Shown here one piece after another: positions 17,897 to 28,038 of a stretch of DNA of 32,000 bases (position 1 is the first letter of the stretch; each line of letters begins with the position of its first letter). The stretch comes from Candidatus Heimdallarchaeota archaeon. GTDB lineage: Archaea > Asgardarchaeota > Heimdallarchaeia > JABLTI01. Under the pieces are notes generated by a model, which worked only from the letters and a program-made list of their open reading frames with translations, ran no database searches and was not told where the DNA came from. A program made the translations under genes and the position numbers. The stretch is from NCBI GenBank assembly GCA_030614005.1, contig JAUWKS010000012.1, forward strand, positions 30,001 to 62,000, written 5' to 3'.

Positions 17897-20815
17897 TTAA
17901 ATTTTATAATTTATACAATCATCTGAATGAAACTCTTTTTTCTTGCAGAAAAATGGTAGTCCAGGTTTTATAAGGTTTTTATTTTCTTCTTCAAAATGCT
18001 TACATGCGTTATTCAATTTAAGAAGTAGTTCTAATGGATCAAAAATTTTTTCAGTATCTTTTAATCCATAAAAATAGGCTTTTCTTACAGCGTTATCTAG
18101 TTCTTCATGTAATTTTTTTAGAATATTATCTCCGGGTAATTCTAAGGTTCTATATATTTCTCTTAATGACAAATGCTTTTCGTCTCTTAGTTTGTTCCGG
18201 GTTATTCTTAATTCTCTAGCTTTATTTGCTACATCAATACAGAGTTTAACTTTTTCATCCAAGTTATCTTGAATATCAATATCATTTATAACACCAAATT
18301 GAGGCCAGGGAAAAGTATTATAGATTGTTGTTATTGTATATCTATAATCTCCTTTCAAAGTTGAACAACGTGCTTTTATCCATTCCCAATGAAATGAACT
18401 CTGTAAAATACCAAATGAATAATCATCACCTAAAGGAAATGCTATTAGTGCATCATTTGGTCGAATATTTGATGAAACAAAATCAAATATGGATCTTTTT
18501 GCAACCCGACTACAAGCAATGTATCTTGGAATATTCTTGATTAGGTTAATTAAATCCTTTCTAGTTCTCCAAAATAACCACCATTTCTTTAAATGATTTT
18601 GACGAACGGTATCTTTTTTCTCTAGTTTTTCATATAGCTTCATTTCTTCATCAGCTTTTTGTTCAATTGTTGGGAGAACCTTTTGTTTTATTATTTTAAA
18701 TGGGGTTTTAAATTTCTGTGCATCAAATAAAGACATCGATTGAAAATCTATCACTAATCGGTCTGGTCGAGATTTTATATTACCCAGCATTGCGTTTGCT
18801 ATTAAGTAAGGAAAAATTACTTCTCTCGCTTTAGGTTCCTTTTTGAAAATATCTTTAGCTTGTTGTCGAGATAAAATAAACCCACTGTGTCCATGAGTTT
18901 GACCTTGGTAACAAGTTCTTGAATTCTTATTTGTAATTAATGCTTTTGCTGAGATGACATCTAATTTTGGTGAAAGAGAAGAAGGTATCCATTTTAGATC
19001 ATATTCCTCGAGCAAATTATTGGGGTTTTTCTCATCATAGAATAGTAATTTCTTATTCTTAGATTCATCAGTCTCTCCCTTAATCCAATTTACAATGGAT
19101 ACGTGAACTTGAGCTTCCCCACTCCAAGGCATAGTGGAAACAGCTTCTATAATAGTTCCATTATTTTCAATAATATACTCCAACCCATCTTTTTTTGAAT
19201 AAGTTTGTCTAATTGTATTTGTACCAACAAGTCCTGCTTTACCACCTTCCTTTAACTTGTTATGAGCTTTGCGAAACCAATAAACACAGTAATCTACTCT
19301 ACCATTTACATCTGGATATTGTTTTCTTAACTTCTCCACATATTCTGGTCCAAATTCTTCAATCATCTTATTTTTAGCCTGAAAAGGAGGATTACCAATG
19401 ATTATATCTGCTTCGGGCCAGTCAATAAATAGGGCATCATCAATGATGAAATTTGTATTTAGATTATCAAAAGGTAATGGACTCTCTGCATCATAATTCA
19501 ACAAACGCTGACTATTGAATTCATTAAAAGTATCTATTGCATCTTTCTTAGCGAATGATAATGTTATTTTAGCAAGTTCAATAGCAAAAGGATTAGTATC
19601 AATTCCGAAAAATTGTGTTGATTTAATTTTAGATTGTAAAGAATGTTTTTTCTTTTCAAGTGATGGATATTCAGTTATCATTTTTCGTATTAAATCAAGT
19701 TCAATATGTTTTAATTCCCTAAACGCTACAGAGAGAAAATTACCACTTCCACAAGCAGGATCTAGAATTCTCATTTCACTTAAAGAGTTCCAAATCCTCT
19801 CCAACTCTTTTAATGATTTTGCCTCAGTTATTTTTAATCTAATCGGTCGAAGAATAGTTGGTTCTACTATTTTCATAATGTCTGATTCTCTTGTATAATG
19901 AGCACCATATTTGTGACGTTCATCTTTTCTTAGACTTGATTCAAATATATTGCCAAAAATAGCAGGTTGGATTTTAGACCAATCATGAAGAGCTACTGCG
20001 TGTAAATTTTCCAATTCACTCTTGCTTAATTCAATAGGTTGAATGATTTTAAAAATATCACCATCAAAATATGAAACTTCTTTAAATCTACCTCCTGTTT
20101 CTTTTTTTGTTGAATTCATCTTAGTAAAAAGTAATTTAAAAAGATCGTAGCTATTAGCTCCATTTATACAATCTTGAATTAATTCTGTGAAAAAACCTCG
20201 AACTGGAAATAAACCAGTATCTTCAGCAAAAAAACAAACTAAACATTGGAGTGTAAACCTTTGAGCTTTTTCATAATTAACACCTCTCTTTATTAAACTC
20301 AAATATAATTTTGCTATTTTTTGTGCTGCTACTTCTGTAACAGCAACTCTATCATTATTGAATATCGGTTTTATATCTCTTCCATGGTAAAGAAATGATA
20401 AAGCTCTCCATCTTTTCGCTAAATTATCTATATGTATTATATCAACTGGATCGGGTTGTTTGTTCCAATCAAATATCCAAAATTCATCAAAATTACACAA
20501 AATGACATAAGAAGGTCGCAATTTATAGATGTTTATCCAGTAGAATTTAGCTTGACTTATATGTTTGTTTAAATCTTCACCTCTTGATTTCATTTCTATC
20601 AATACTCTTTCAGGCCAAAATAAGTCTGCATAATAGGTTTTATTTTCGATTTTTATAGAGGCTTCAAAAGAAGCACCACACTCAAAAACCCCTTCATGTC
20701 CAAATGCTTCGAATAAATGGTTCAAGAATGTTTGGGATTCCTGTTTTTCTCTACCAGATAATTTTTTTGCAAAAGATAGAAATTCTTCAAGGTTGCTTTC
20801 AATTAGCTTTGTCAT
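17897..20815 (-). CDS. MmeI-like (Type IIL/IIG) fused restriction endonuclease / N6-adenine methyltransferase
   Basis: ADLFWPERVLIEMKS nuclease, ILCNF, ILDPACGSGNFL (SAM binding), GNPPF (catalytic) and a C-terminal TRD with YNTFPWP. Confidence 0.9.
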   Translation of the reverse strand: MTKLIESNLEEFLSFAKKLSGREKQESQTFLNHLFEAFGHEGVFECGASFEASIKIENKTYYADLFWPERVLIEMKSRGEDLNKHISQAKFYWINIYKLRPSYVILCNFDEFWIFDWNKQPDPVDIIHIDNLAKRWRALSFLYHGRDIKPIFNNDRVAVTEVAAQKIAKLYLSLIKRGVNYEKAQRFTLQCLVCFFAEDTGLFPVRGFFTELIQDCINGANSYDLFKLLFTKMNSTKKETGGRFKEVSYFDGDIFKIIQPIELSKSELENLHAVALHDWSKIQPAIFGNIFESSLRKDERHKYGAHYTRESDIMKIVEPTILRPIRLKITEAKSLKELERIWNSLSEMRILDPACGSGNFLSVAFRELKHIELDLIRKMITEYPSLEKKKHSLQSKIKSTQFFGIDTNPFAIELAKITLSFAKKDAIDTFNEFNSQRLLNYDAESPLPFDNLNTNFIIDDALFIDWPEADIIIGNPPFQAKNKMIEEFGPEYVEKLRKQYPDVNGRVDYCVYWFRKAHNKLKEGGKAGLVGTNTIRQTYSKKDGLEYIIENNGTIIEAVSTMPWSGEAQVHVSIVNWIKGETDESKNKKLLFYDEKNPNNLLEEYDLKWIPSSLSPKLDVISAKALITNKNSRTCYQGQTHGHSGFILSRQQAKDIFKKEPKAREVIFPYLIANAMLGNIKSRPDRLVIDFQSMSLFDAQKFKTPFKIIKQKVLPTIEQKADEEMKLYEKLEKKDTVRQNHLKKWWLFWRTRKDLINLIKNIPRYIACSRVAKRSIFDFVSSNIRPNDALIAFPLGDDYSFGILQSSFHWEWIKARCSTLKGDYRYTITTIYNTFPWPQFGVINDIDIQDNLDEKVKLCIDVANKARELRITRNKLRDEKHLSLREIYRTLELPGDNILKKLHEELDNAVRKAYFYGLKDTEKIFDPLELLLKLNNACKHFEEENKNLIKPGLPFFCKKKEFHSDDCINYKI

Positions 20816-21073
20816 TAACTACTTCCTTCTCATTTAGATATAAATAATTGTTGTTTAGAAATTATTAAAATTTGCGATTGCACAACCGTGTTCTTAACGC
20901 TTCCCACATTCTTTTTAGATTATGTAATTAAAGTATTTCTAACTCTTTACTCTGAAACATGTGTTTTTATTTCTCTATTAGTGAAGGGGAGAAAAAATAA
21001 ATGAATTTTTTAAGGTGATTTCTTCTTTCTATAAAAAGAACACTTCTATAAAAATATGCTGCTTTTAAAGGAT

Positions 21074-21105
21074 GCCGTGGATTCAAATTCCACCCGGTCC
21101 ACCAC
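21074..21105 (+). repeat. tRNA-Ala 3'-end repeat, copy 2
   Basis: Identical to 4684-4715 over 32 bp. Confidence 0.95.
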
Positions 21106-21219
21106 TTTCTTTTCTCTTTTCAGACTCGTTCTGTCCTTCTTTTCATTTTTATTTTGTGCTATCTGTTACCATTAAAATTTAGACTAATAGGACAAAATCA
21201 TTTTTGTTCATTTTAAAAC

Positions 21220-21718
21220 TTAGAGTTCGAAAAATCTCTTTAGCTTAACAGGATCAGCTCTATCTTCATCATCAATTATAATGAATACACCAATATTTCT
21301 CTTTATATAGTCCTCATTCTCCATTAACTCTTCTTTTACCTTCCACCCTCCTGTTGCAAATATACCATTGTCCATATCATAGCTTGGGAAGTGTGTATGG
21401 CTGATAATTAGCTTGTCAGTTTTGCGGATTTTTGGCAAGAAATTACTATCATTTGTTATCAAGTGGTTCTTCAAGTTAACTAAAGCTTGGTTCCATGTTT
21501 CATTTACTTGCTTCTTCAGACCAATATTATGTCCATGACAGATGATAAACCGCCCTTCTAAAGTGTTTAATTTTATATAAGGAACAATTTGGATATCTGG
21601 TCTATCGTACAGTAAATTTCCTTCATGTCCCATCCCTCCTGTTACAAAGACAATTTTTTCCTTAATACCTTTTTCAGCACTCCAAAGCAAAAATGAATCC
21701 AGTGCTTCTTTATCCAGT
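21220..21718 (-). pseudogene. 5'-truncated paralog of the metallophosphoesterase at 4830-5465
   Basis: Shares KEALDSF, FVTGGMGHEGNLL, ICHGHNIGLKK, SHTH and DRADPVKLKRFFEL. An apparent extra base near 21712 breaks T-G-K, similarity stops at about 21718, and the DxH and GD motifs are missing. Confidence 0.85.
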
Positions 21719-21939
21719 ACAATTAGAAGAACTCAACAAATTTTTTTTCAAAACTTTATTGATTTCGTCTTGTGTTTTTAATGATAACATGTTTTATGAT
21801 TGCTTATCCGACAAAATCTAAAAGGTTATTCAGTAAGTACAATCTAACATAGGTATCAAGAATTCTTAAATATAATTACCTTGAAGTAGTACATGAACTC
21901 TTTTGATTAGGAAAAGAGCGGAGGGATTAAAATTTAAAA

Positions 21940-22854
21940 ATGAAAAAGAAATTAGGAATTTTGATGATAGTTTTTCTATTTGTTGGTATATTGAGCACAT
22001 ATATTGATGTGCGTGGAGCAACAAACTTTACTGGAACAGTAGAAAGTGAATATAGTAATCCATTGAGTAATACAACAATTACACTAGCTGATTGTTATTT
22101 TAATATCCTTGGTTCAACTACAACAAACAGTCAAGGTGAATATAGCCTTTCTGTGACATTAAACGGTAACTCACCATATTATTTATCTGCTGCAAAGAAT
22201 TACCGTTGGGACACTGATACAAAAACAGTCTATTCTGGAGGGACAAATGATTTCGAACTTGATGCGATTACTGAGAAGATTGCTGTCTTTTTCTATGCAT
22301 ATGACGCATGCAATGATGATACAATAGATACATACGAAGAGATTCTAGATGATGAGGGGTATACAAAATATTTCAGATTTGCTAATAGTGATGATGTTAG
22401 CGATGATTGTGATACAGTTGATGACTATGAACGTCCTGCTGATACTCTTTTCTGTTATATTATTGGTCACGGAGAATACGATAATTCTGAAGAAAAGTCT
22501 TACACCTATTTCAAATCAAATGAAAATACACAAGTTTACTCAGACACATTTGAATCCTATATGGATAATTGGGATTCGGCTCGAAAAGGTCTGCTTGTTG
22601 ATTCCTGTTATTCAGGTACTTGGGCAACAGATTTTACTACAAGTCCCTATTTAGCAATGTCCTCTGCAGATACTGCTAATGAAGCAGACTTCCGTTCAGG
22701 ATATTCAAATCAAGAAGGAGAATTCTCATACTACTTCTTTGAAGCTGTTGATGCAGGAGATACAGCAGTAGAAGCATGGGAAGCTGCAGAAGATGAGTGC
22801 TCTGATCAGAATCCAGAAAAAAGCGACTATTCAAGTTACACTTGGTTCAATTGA
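21940..22854 (+). CDS. Secreted clan-CD (caspase/legumain-like) cysteine peptidase with an N-terminal carboxypeptidase-regulatory-like beta domain
   Basis: Signal peptide; GTVESEYSNPLSNTTITL...TTTNSQGEYSL; catalytic dyad candidates IIGHG and LVDSCYSG; EGEFSYYF. Confidence 0.7.
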   Translation: MKKKLGILMIVFLFVGILSTYIDVRGATNFTGTVESEYSNPLSNTTITLADCYFNILGSTTTNSQGEYSLSVTLNGNSPYYLSAAKNYRWDTDTKTVYSGGTNDFELDAITEKIAVFFYAYDACNDDTIDTYEEILDDEGYTKYFRFANSDDVSDDCDTVDDYERPADTLFCYIIGHGEYDNSEEKSYTYFKSNENTQVYSDTFESYMDNWDSARKGLLVDSCYSGTWATDFTTSPYLAMSSADTANEADFRSGYSNQEGEFSYYFFEAVDAGDTAVEAWEAAEDECSDQNPEKSDYSSYTWFN

Positions 22855-22861
22855 CAGAAAT

Positions 22862-22892
22862 AAAGGAATCTTTTGGGATTCCTTTTCTTTTA
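22862..22892 (+). terminator. Hairpin plus T-tract after the peptidase gene
   Basis: AAAGGAATC-ttttgg-GATTCCTTT followed by TCTTTT. Confidence 0.5.
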
Positions 22893-23059
22893 TTAAAAGA
22901 GAAAAAAAATAAGTGGCAAATCAAAAAACATCAATTAAAAAAGGTCTAGCACTAAAAAAAATAATAGATAGCAACAATATTCATTAGTGAATATAACGAA
23001 AATTTTGTGAAAATAACCTTTTTTAGTAAAGCACTTAATTAACATTTGGGGATTAAAAG

Positions 23060-24622
23060 TTGAGAAAAAAAAGTCATTTAATTCTGGTCTGTTGCATAGG
23101 TTTTGTACTAGTTTTTGGGAATCTAATACCTATACTACAGCAAAACAGTATTACTAACCAAAACGAAAAAAATATTCCATATGTAAATGCTAACTTGTCT
23201 GCAAATCTTACGATTGATTTCAGTACTTTTCTGGGGGGGAAGGATAAAGATCTTGGTTATAGTGCTGCAATAACCGACAAAAGAGAGTGTTATGTCACAG
23301 GGCTGACAGAATCCAATGATTTTCCCACAAAAAATGCTTTTGATGAAACTCTCGGTGGTAATCTCGATGCATTTATCACTAAATTTGCTTTTGATGGTTC
23401 CCTGCTCTTTAGTTCTTATCTTGGAGGGAGTAGTCGGGATCGAGCTTTTGCTATTGATGTGGGGGATGATGGAAGCTGTTATGTTTTGGGAAATACTAAT
23501 TCAAGTAATTTTCCAATCAGAAATGCATTTAACAGTACTTTTAGTGGTTATGAAGATGTTTTTGTTTCAAAGTTCTCATCGGATGGTGTTATGCTTTGGA
23601 GCACCTATTTTGGTGGCAATGGTTTTGATAGAGCAGAAGGAATCTCTGTTGCCAAAGATGGGAGTTGCTATATCACAGGGAGAACCGCATCTACTAATTT
23701 TCCGACAAAAGAAGCCTATAGTGATACGTGTAATGGTGGGTATGACGTTTTTGTTTCCAAGTTTGATATAGAAGGGGGGTTACTTTGGAGCACATATTTA
23801 GGAGGGAGTTATTCTGAGCGTGTAGGAGATATTGTTGTGTCAAACGATGGCAGTTGTTATGTGACTGGTGAAACTGACTCAGTTGATTTTCCAGTGAAGG
23901 ATGCATTTGATGACTCATATAATGGTGATTCGGATACTTATATAACTAAATTTTCCACTGAGGGTTCACTTTTGTGGAGTACCTTTCTTGGTGGGGCGTG
24001 GTGGGATGTAGGCCATGGTATTACTGCTGCAAGTGATGGAAGTTGTTATGTGACAGGTTATACGGTTTCTAGTGAATTTCCAGTACAAAATGCCTTTAAT
24101 GAGACGTACGATGATTGGGGAGATGCGTTTGTTGCCAAATTTTCTGCAAGTGGAGGTTTGCTATGGAGCACATTTCTTGGTGGAAATGGTCCTGACAGAG
24201 GTTACGCAATTACCACATCAAAAGATGATAGTTGCTATATTACAGGTTATACCGCATCAACGAACTTTCCGACTAAAAACGCTTATGATTATACTAAAAA
24301 CGATGGCTATGATGTCTTTGCATCAAAATTCTCATCAGATGGTGTTTTGCTTTGGAGCACTTATCTTGGAGGAAGCAATACAGATGAAGGTCGGGATATT
24401 GCTGTAACAAATAACGGTTATTGCTATATTGTGGGTAATACGCATTCAGCTGATTTTCCAGTGATAAATGCGATTGATCGTGAAAGTACCAAGAGTGAAT
24501 GTTTTGTGACGAAATTTATTGAGCCACTCGAACGTGGACAACCAACATTTTTGTATGGGTTCCTAGGTATAATGACTGTTGTACTGCTTGCAGTTATTGT
24601 TCTTTACATAAAACGCAAATGA
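23060..24622 (+). CDS. SBBP-repeat (beta-propeller) surface protein with N-terminal signal and C-terminal TM anchor
   Basis: About seven repeats of WST[YF]LGGxxxDxGxxIxxxxDGSCYVTGxTxSxxFP; C-terminal hydrophobic helix followed by KRK. Confidence 0.88.
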   Translation: MRKKSHLILVCCIGFVLVFGNLIPILQQNSITNQNEKNIPYVNANLSANLTIDFSTFLGGKDKDLGYSAAITDKRECYVTGLTESNDFPTKNAFDETLGGNLDAFITKFAFDGSLLFSSYLGGSSRDRAFAIDVGDDGSCYVLGNTNSSNFPIRNAFNSTFSGYEDVFVSKFSSDGVMLWSTYFGGNGFDRAEGISVAKDGSCYITGRTASTNFPTKEAYSDTCNGGYDVFVSKFDIEGGLLWSTYLGGSYSERVGDIVVSNDGSCYVTGETDSVDFPVKDAFDDSYNGDSDTYITKFSTEGSLLWSTFLGGAWWDVGHGITAASDGSCYVTGYTVSSEFPVQNAFNETYDDWGDAFVAKFSASGGLLWSTFLGGNGPDRGYAITTSKDDSCYITGYTASTNFPTKNAYDYTKNDGYDVFASKFSSDGVLLWSTYLGGSNTDEGRDIAVTNNGYCYIVGNTHSADFPVINAIDRESTKSECFVTKFIEPLERGQPTFLYGFLGIMTVVLLAVIVLYIKRK

Positions 24623-24645
24623 TTTCAGTTTTCCATTTCAAAAAA

Positions 24646-24680
24646 GAGGCCGTGGATTCAAATTCCACCCGGTCCACCAC
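24646..24680 (+). repeat. tRNA-Ala 3'-end repeat, copy 3
   Basis: GAGGCCGTGGATTCAAATTCCACCCGGTCCACCAC, identical to 4681-4715 (35 bp). Confidence 0.95.
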
Positions 24681-24768
24681 TTCTTCTAAGTATAAACTGT
24701 CCTATTAGTTTCACTTGTTTTGTCTTCATTAAAAATAATTATAAACTGTTTATTGTTAATACAATTCC

Positions 24769-27372
24769 ATGAGAGAGGTTAGTTTAAAGCGTTTTAAGGA
24801 ACTTTTATTGGAAATAAAAAAATTCAAAATTTTTCGTTTTATCGGTTATTTAACCATCCCTTTTTTCTTTGGCTTTTATATTTTAAACAAGACTAAAACT
24901 AAATTATCTTTTCTATATAGTGAAAAGAAAAGAATCTTACAAGATCTTGTTATTGATATTGAATATAATTTCGCATCTCTTCAGAAGAGAAATCAAGAAA
25001 TCGAAATTAATGATACTTACCTTATTTATTCAGAGAAAGAAGAATGCCTTTCCAAAATTCGAAACTTTATCAGAAAATTGGGATCTATTCAAAGATATTT
25101 TGATATTTTGCCAAACGAAATTATCACTTTTTGTGAGCAATTAGAAGATGAAGCTTTTATAATATTAGAGAAGACCGAACAATATAATGAACAATTTATT
25201 CAAAGAAAAAAAATTGAATATGAGAATCTCTTTAAGAGAGAAAATTTAATCTTAGATGATGAACAACAAAGAGCAATTATAATTGACGATAAACATAATT
25301 TAGTTGTCGCTGGAGCAGGATCAGGTAAAACAGAAGTCCTGACCACAAGAATTGGATATCTTATTAAAAGGAAAACTGATAGAATTAAACCAGAACGAAT
25401 TTTAGCTTTGGCTTTTCAAAAAAAAGCAGAAGAGGTAATAAAGAAACGATTGAAAAAAAGATATAATATTGATGATGTTGAAATCAGAACTTTTCATTCA
25501 TTTGGAAAAAGAATAATTGAAGATTATGCTAAAAAAAGAAAAATTGATGAATATGCTAATAAAAAATTCATTAATCCTAAGAAACTAAATCCTAATTGTG
25601 AAGATGAATCCAAATATCGGAATTTTATTAGAAAAATTTTTGAAAAAATAAGAGATAATGATGTAAAGTACCAAAATCAAATTCTCTTATTTATGAAACA
25701 TTTTTCTGATGAAAAAATCATAAAAGTAGAAACTGATTTTGAAGAAAAAGAAGAATTTTATGAATACCAAAGAAACATGACTTATACAACTTTAAATGGT
25801 ACTAAAGTGAGAAGTGAATCTGAACGATCAATAGCTAATTTCTTCATAAAGCACGAAATTAATGGTAACAAAATCAATATTTTATATGAAGAACCAGCGA
25901 AATGGATGGCATATATGGATGAAGAGGGAAAAGAACACACACCAAATCCAGATTTCTATTTCCCTTATTTTGATATTTATTTGGAACATTGGGCAATTGA
26001 CAAGGATGGAAATGTACCTAAGTGGTTTTCTGGAGAAAATCCAACGGAAAATTACAGGAAAGGTATGGACATAAAAAGAAGTAAATTTAAGGAAAATAAT
26101 AAATTTCTAATCGAAACAACAGAAGCAGAATTTAAGAGTATACCAATTAACGAATTATTGAAAGAGAAATTTCTTACAGCACTAAAAAAGAAAAACCCTC
26201 AGAAAGAGTTTAAGCTATCGGCAATACCATATAAAGGACTGGTAGAAAAAGTCTGGGATGAATGTAGAGCATTTGTTAATAGTTTACCATTGAATATTTC
26301 TAGATATATTACAATAGCAAAAACCTATGGATTAACTATTTCAGATATTGAGAAACGATTACAGAAGAAGAAGAATTGGTCACTAAAACAAATTGCTTTT
26401 GGCAAAATAGCTTTGAGAATATATCAGGAATACGAAAATAAATTAGATAAAAGTTATTCCATTGATTTCGGTGATATGATAAATAATGCTACAAAGTATC
26501 TAAATGAAAACAAAGATTTCTTTTTAGACAAATATGATCACATCCTCATTGACGAATATCAAGATATTAGTGCTCAGAGATTTCTTTTAATTGAAGCATT
26601 AATGAAAAAAAATCCAAAATGTAAACTATTCTGTGTAGGTGATGATTGGCAGAGTATTATGGGATTTGCTGGGTCCAATCTTAACTATTTTATTCACTTT
26701 TATAGATATTTCGATCATCCTGTCAGGACAGATTTGATAAAAAACTATCGTAGCATAAAATCAATCGTAGATGTTGGAGCTACTGTAATTGAAAATAACA
26801 CCAATCAAATTAAAAAACAGACAATTGCTAATAAAGAGATGGAATTGCCTATTTTGGTTTTTTCCTCAAGACATAACAAAGATTATCCAGATAAATACTA
26901 TAAACAAATCACGTCTCATGCTTTGGAGAAAATAAATGAATTGGTTAAAAAAGAGGGTTACAAATATGATGATTTTATGATTCTTTTAAGGATTGCAAAG
27001 AATCCTAAATTAAGAAAGTATCTTAATTCGGATAATGCTTATGGAATCCCTATTTCTGCAGAACCTGCTAAATCAAATTGTGTTCACATATTATCTGTTC
27101 ATAAAAGCAAAGGACTAGAATCGAGAGTTGTAATTCTGTTAAATGTAGATAAGGGATTATATGGATTTCCTTGTGAACTTGAGAACCCAAAAATCTTTGA
27201 AACGGCAATAAAAGAAAATGATGGATTAAGAGAACAAGAGGAAAGAAGATTATTTTATGTAGCATTAACTCGAGCAAAAGAGCAAATAATTATCTATACA
27301 CAAAAACAATCAGAAAGTAGTTTCATTGCAGAAATAGAAGAATTTATTCAAAAAAAGGAGTTATATTATTGA
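24769..27372 (+). CDS. UvrD/helicase IV-like SF1 helicase (sole gene of module 3)
   Basis: AGAGSGKT, TFHSFG, IDFGDMI, IDEYQD, VGDDWQSI, NYRS, HKSKGLE and EERRLFYVALTRAK; internal PDFYFPYFDIYLEHW domain. Confidence 0.93.
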   Translation: MREVSLKRFKELLLEIKKFKIFRFIGYLTIPFFFGFYILNKTKTKLSFLYSEKKRILQDLVIDIEYNFASLQKRNQEIEINDTYLIYSEKEECLSKIRNFIRKLGSIQRYFDILPNEIITFCEQLEDEAFIILEKTEQYNEQFIQRKKIEYENLFKRENLILDDEQQRAIIIDDKHNLVVAGAGSGKTEVLTTRIGYLIKRKTDRIKPERILALAFQKKAEEVIKKRLKKRYNIDDVEIRTFHSFGKRIIEDYAKKRKIDEYANKKFINPKKLNPNCEDESKYRNFIRKIFEKIRDNDVKYQNQILLFMKHFSDEKIIKVETDFEEKEEFYEYQRNMTYTTLNGTKVRSESERSIANFFIKHEINGNKINILYEEPAKWMAYMDEEGKEHTPNPDFYFPYFDIYLEHWAIDKDGNVPKWFSGENPTENYRKGMDIKRSKFKENNKFLIETTEAEFKSIPINELLKEKFLTALKKKNPQKEFKLSAIPYKGLVEKVWDECRAFVNSLPLNISRYITIAKTYGLTISDIEKRLQKKKNWSLKQIAFGKIALRIYQEYENKLDKSYSIDFGDMINNATKYLNENKDFFLDKYDHILIDEYQDISAQRFLLIEALMKKNPKCKLFCVGDDWQSIMGFAGSNLNYFIHFYRYFDHPVRTDLIKNYRSIKSIVDVGATVIENNTNQIKKQTIANKEMELPILVFSSRHNKDYPDKYYKQITSHALEKINELVKKEGYKYDDFMILLRIAKNPKLRKYLNSDNAYGIPISAEPAKSNCVHILSVHKSKGLESRVVILLNVDKGLYGFPCELENPKIFETAIKENDGLREQEERRLFYVALTRAKEQIIIYTQKQSESSFIAEIEEFIQKKELYY

Positions 27373-27389
27373 AAATATTCAACAACATA

Positions 27390-27420
27390 CCGTTGATTCA
27401 AATTCCACCCGGTCCACCAC
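27390..27420 (+). repeat. tRNA-Ala 3'-end repeat, copy 4 (one mismatch)
   Basis: CCGTtGATTCAAATTCCACCCGGTCCACCAC; G>T at 27394. Confidence 0.93.
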
Positions 27421-27440
27421 TTCTAAAATCCTCACTTTTT

Positions 27441-27788
27441 TCAGTCTATTATTCTCACTACTTTTTCTGTTACTATTATGAATTTGTTTGGTATTTTCTC
27501 TGCATATTTCTCTATGAGTTGTTGTATTATTCTTATCTTATTCTCCGTTCGTTCATTTTTTAGTCGTAATAGGATTACTCCTTTGTGCTGTTTTTTTTGT
27601 CTTATAACTAATTCTCCAAAATCCTTGTCATTGGTTAGTAGGATGTATTTTTCCTCATATGCTTTTGCGATTATTTTTTCATCACTCATTCCTCTTGCTT
27701 CGTCGTAAATTGAAAAAACTTCATGACCATTTTTTCGCAACCAATCAGCTACTCTTGGTCCTGTGCATTCATCTACTAGAAATCGCAT
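27441..27788 (-). CDS. DUF5615 family PIN-like toxin
   Basis: MRFLVDEC...GMSDEKI...ILLTNDKDFGEL...GVILLR. Confidence 0.9.
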   Translation of the reverse strand: MRFLVDECTGPRVADWLRKNGHEVFSIYDEARGMSDEKIIAKAYEEKYILLTNDKDFGELVIRQKKQHKGVILLRLKNERTENKIRIIQQLIEKYAEKIPNKFIIVTEKVVRIID

Positions 27789-27789
27789 A

Positions 27790-28038
27790 TTATTGTGCCT
27801 CTTCTATAATCGGCATAAAAGTAGTATTTTCTAGTGTTTCTGAAGCATAAAATAGACAAGCTAAAATATCCTCTTTGGTTAGATCTGGATATTCTTCTAT
27901 TATCTCCTTTATTTCTGCTCCATTTGCTAACAGATTCAATATGAATTGCACTGTTAATCTTGTTCCTTTAATAACAGGTTTTCCGGTCATTATTTTCGGA
28001 TTTATTGTTATCCTTTCTAGAATTTCCTTTCGCTCCAA
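27790..28038 (-). CDS. DUF433 family antitoxin
   Basis: RITINPKIMTGKPVIKGTRLTV...EEYPDLTKEDILACL; lies directly upstream of the DUF5615 gene. Confidence 0.92.
   Translation of the reverse strand: MERKEILERITINPKIMTGKPVIKGTRLTVQFILNLLANGAEIKEIIEEYPDLTKEDILACLFYASETLENTTFMPIIEEAQ

Larger units (their letters stand above)
4716..21073. mobile_element. Integrated element, module 1 (~16.4 kb), between tRNA-Ala and repeat copy 2; carries the Cas1-like operon and defence/nuclease cargo
   Basis: Flanked by identical 32-bp direct repeats of the tRNA 3' end; accessory gene content; no recognisable Tyr/Ser integrase. Confidence 0.8.
21106..24645. mobile_element. Module 2 (~3.5 kb): remnant of a module-1 relative plus secreted-protein cargo
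   Basis: Bounded by repeat copies 2 and 3; begins with a homolog of module 1's left end. Confidence 0.65.

Noticed and set aside
4716-21073. Classical casposon
   Set aside because: No family B polymerase, and I could not find terminal inverted repeats. The left end CCTTCTTTTCTC has no convincing complement before 21074.
21183-24709. 12-bp inverted match ACTAATAGGACA (21183-21194) / TGTCCTATTAGT (24698-24709)
   Set aside because: It does not extend, straddles repeat copy 3 rather than bounding a module, and is imperfect in the module 1 homolog. It may be chance or a weak sub-terminal motif.
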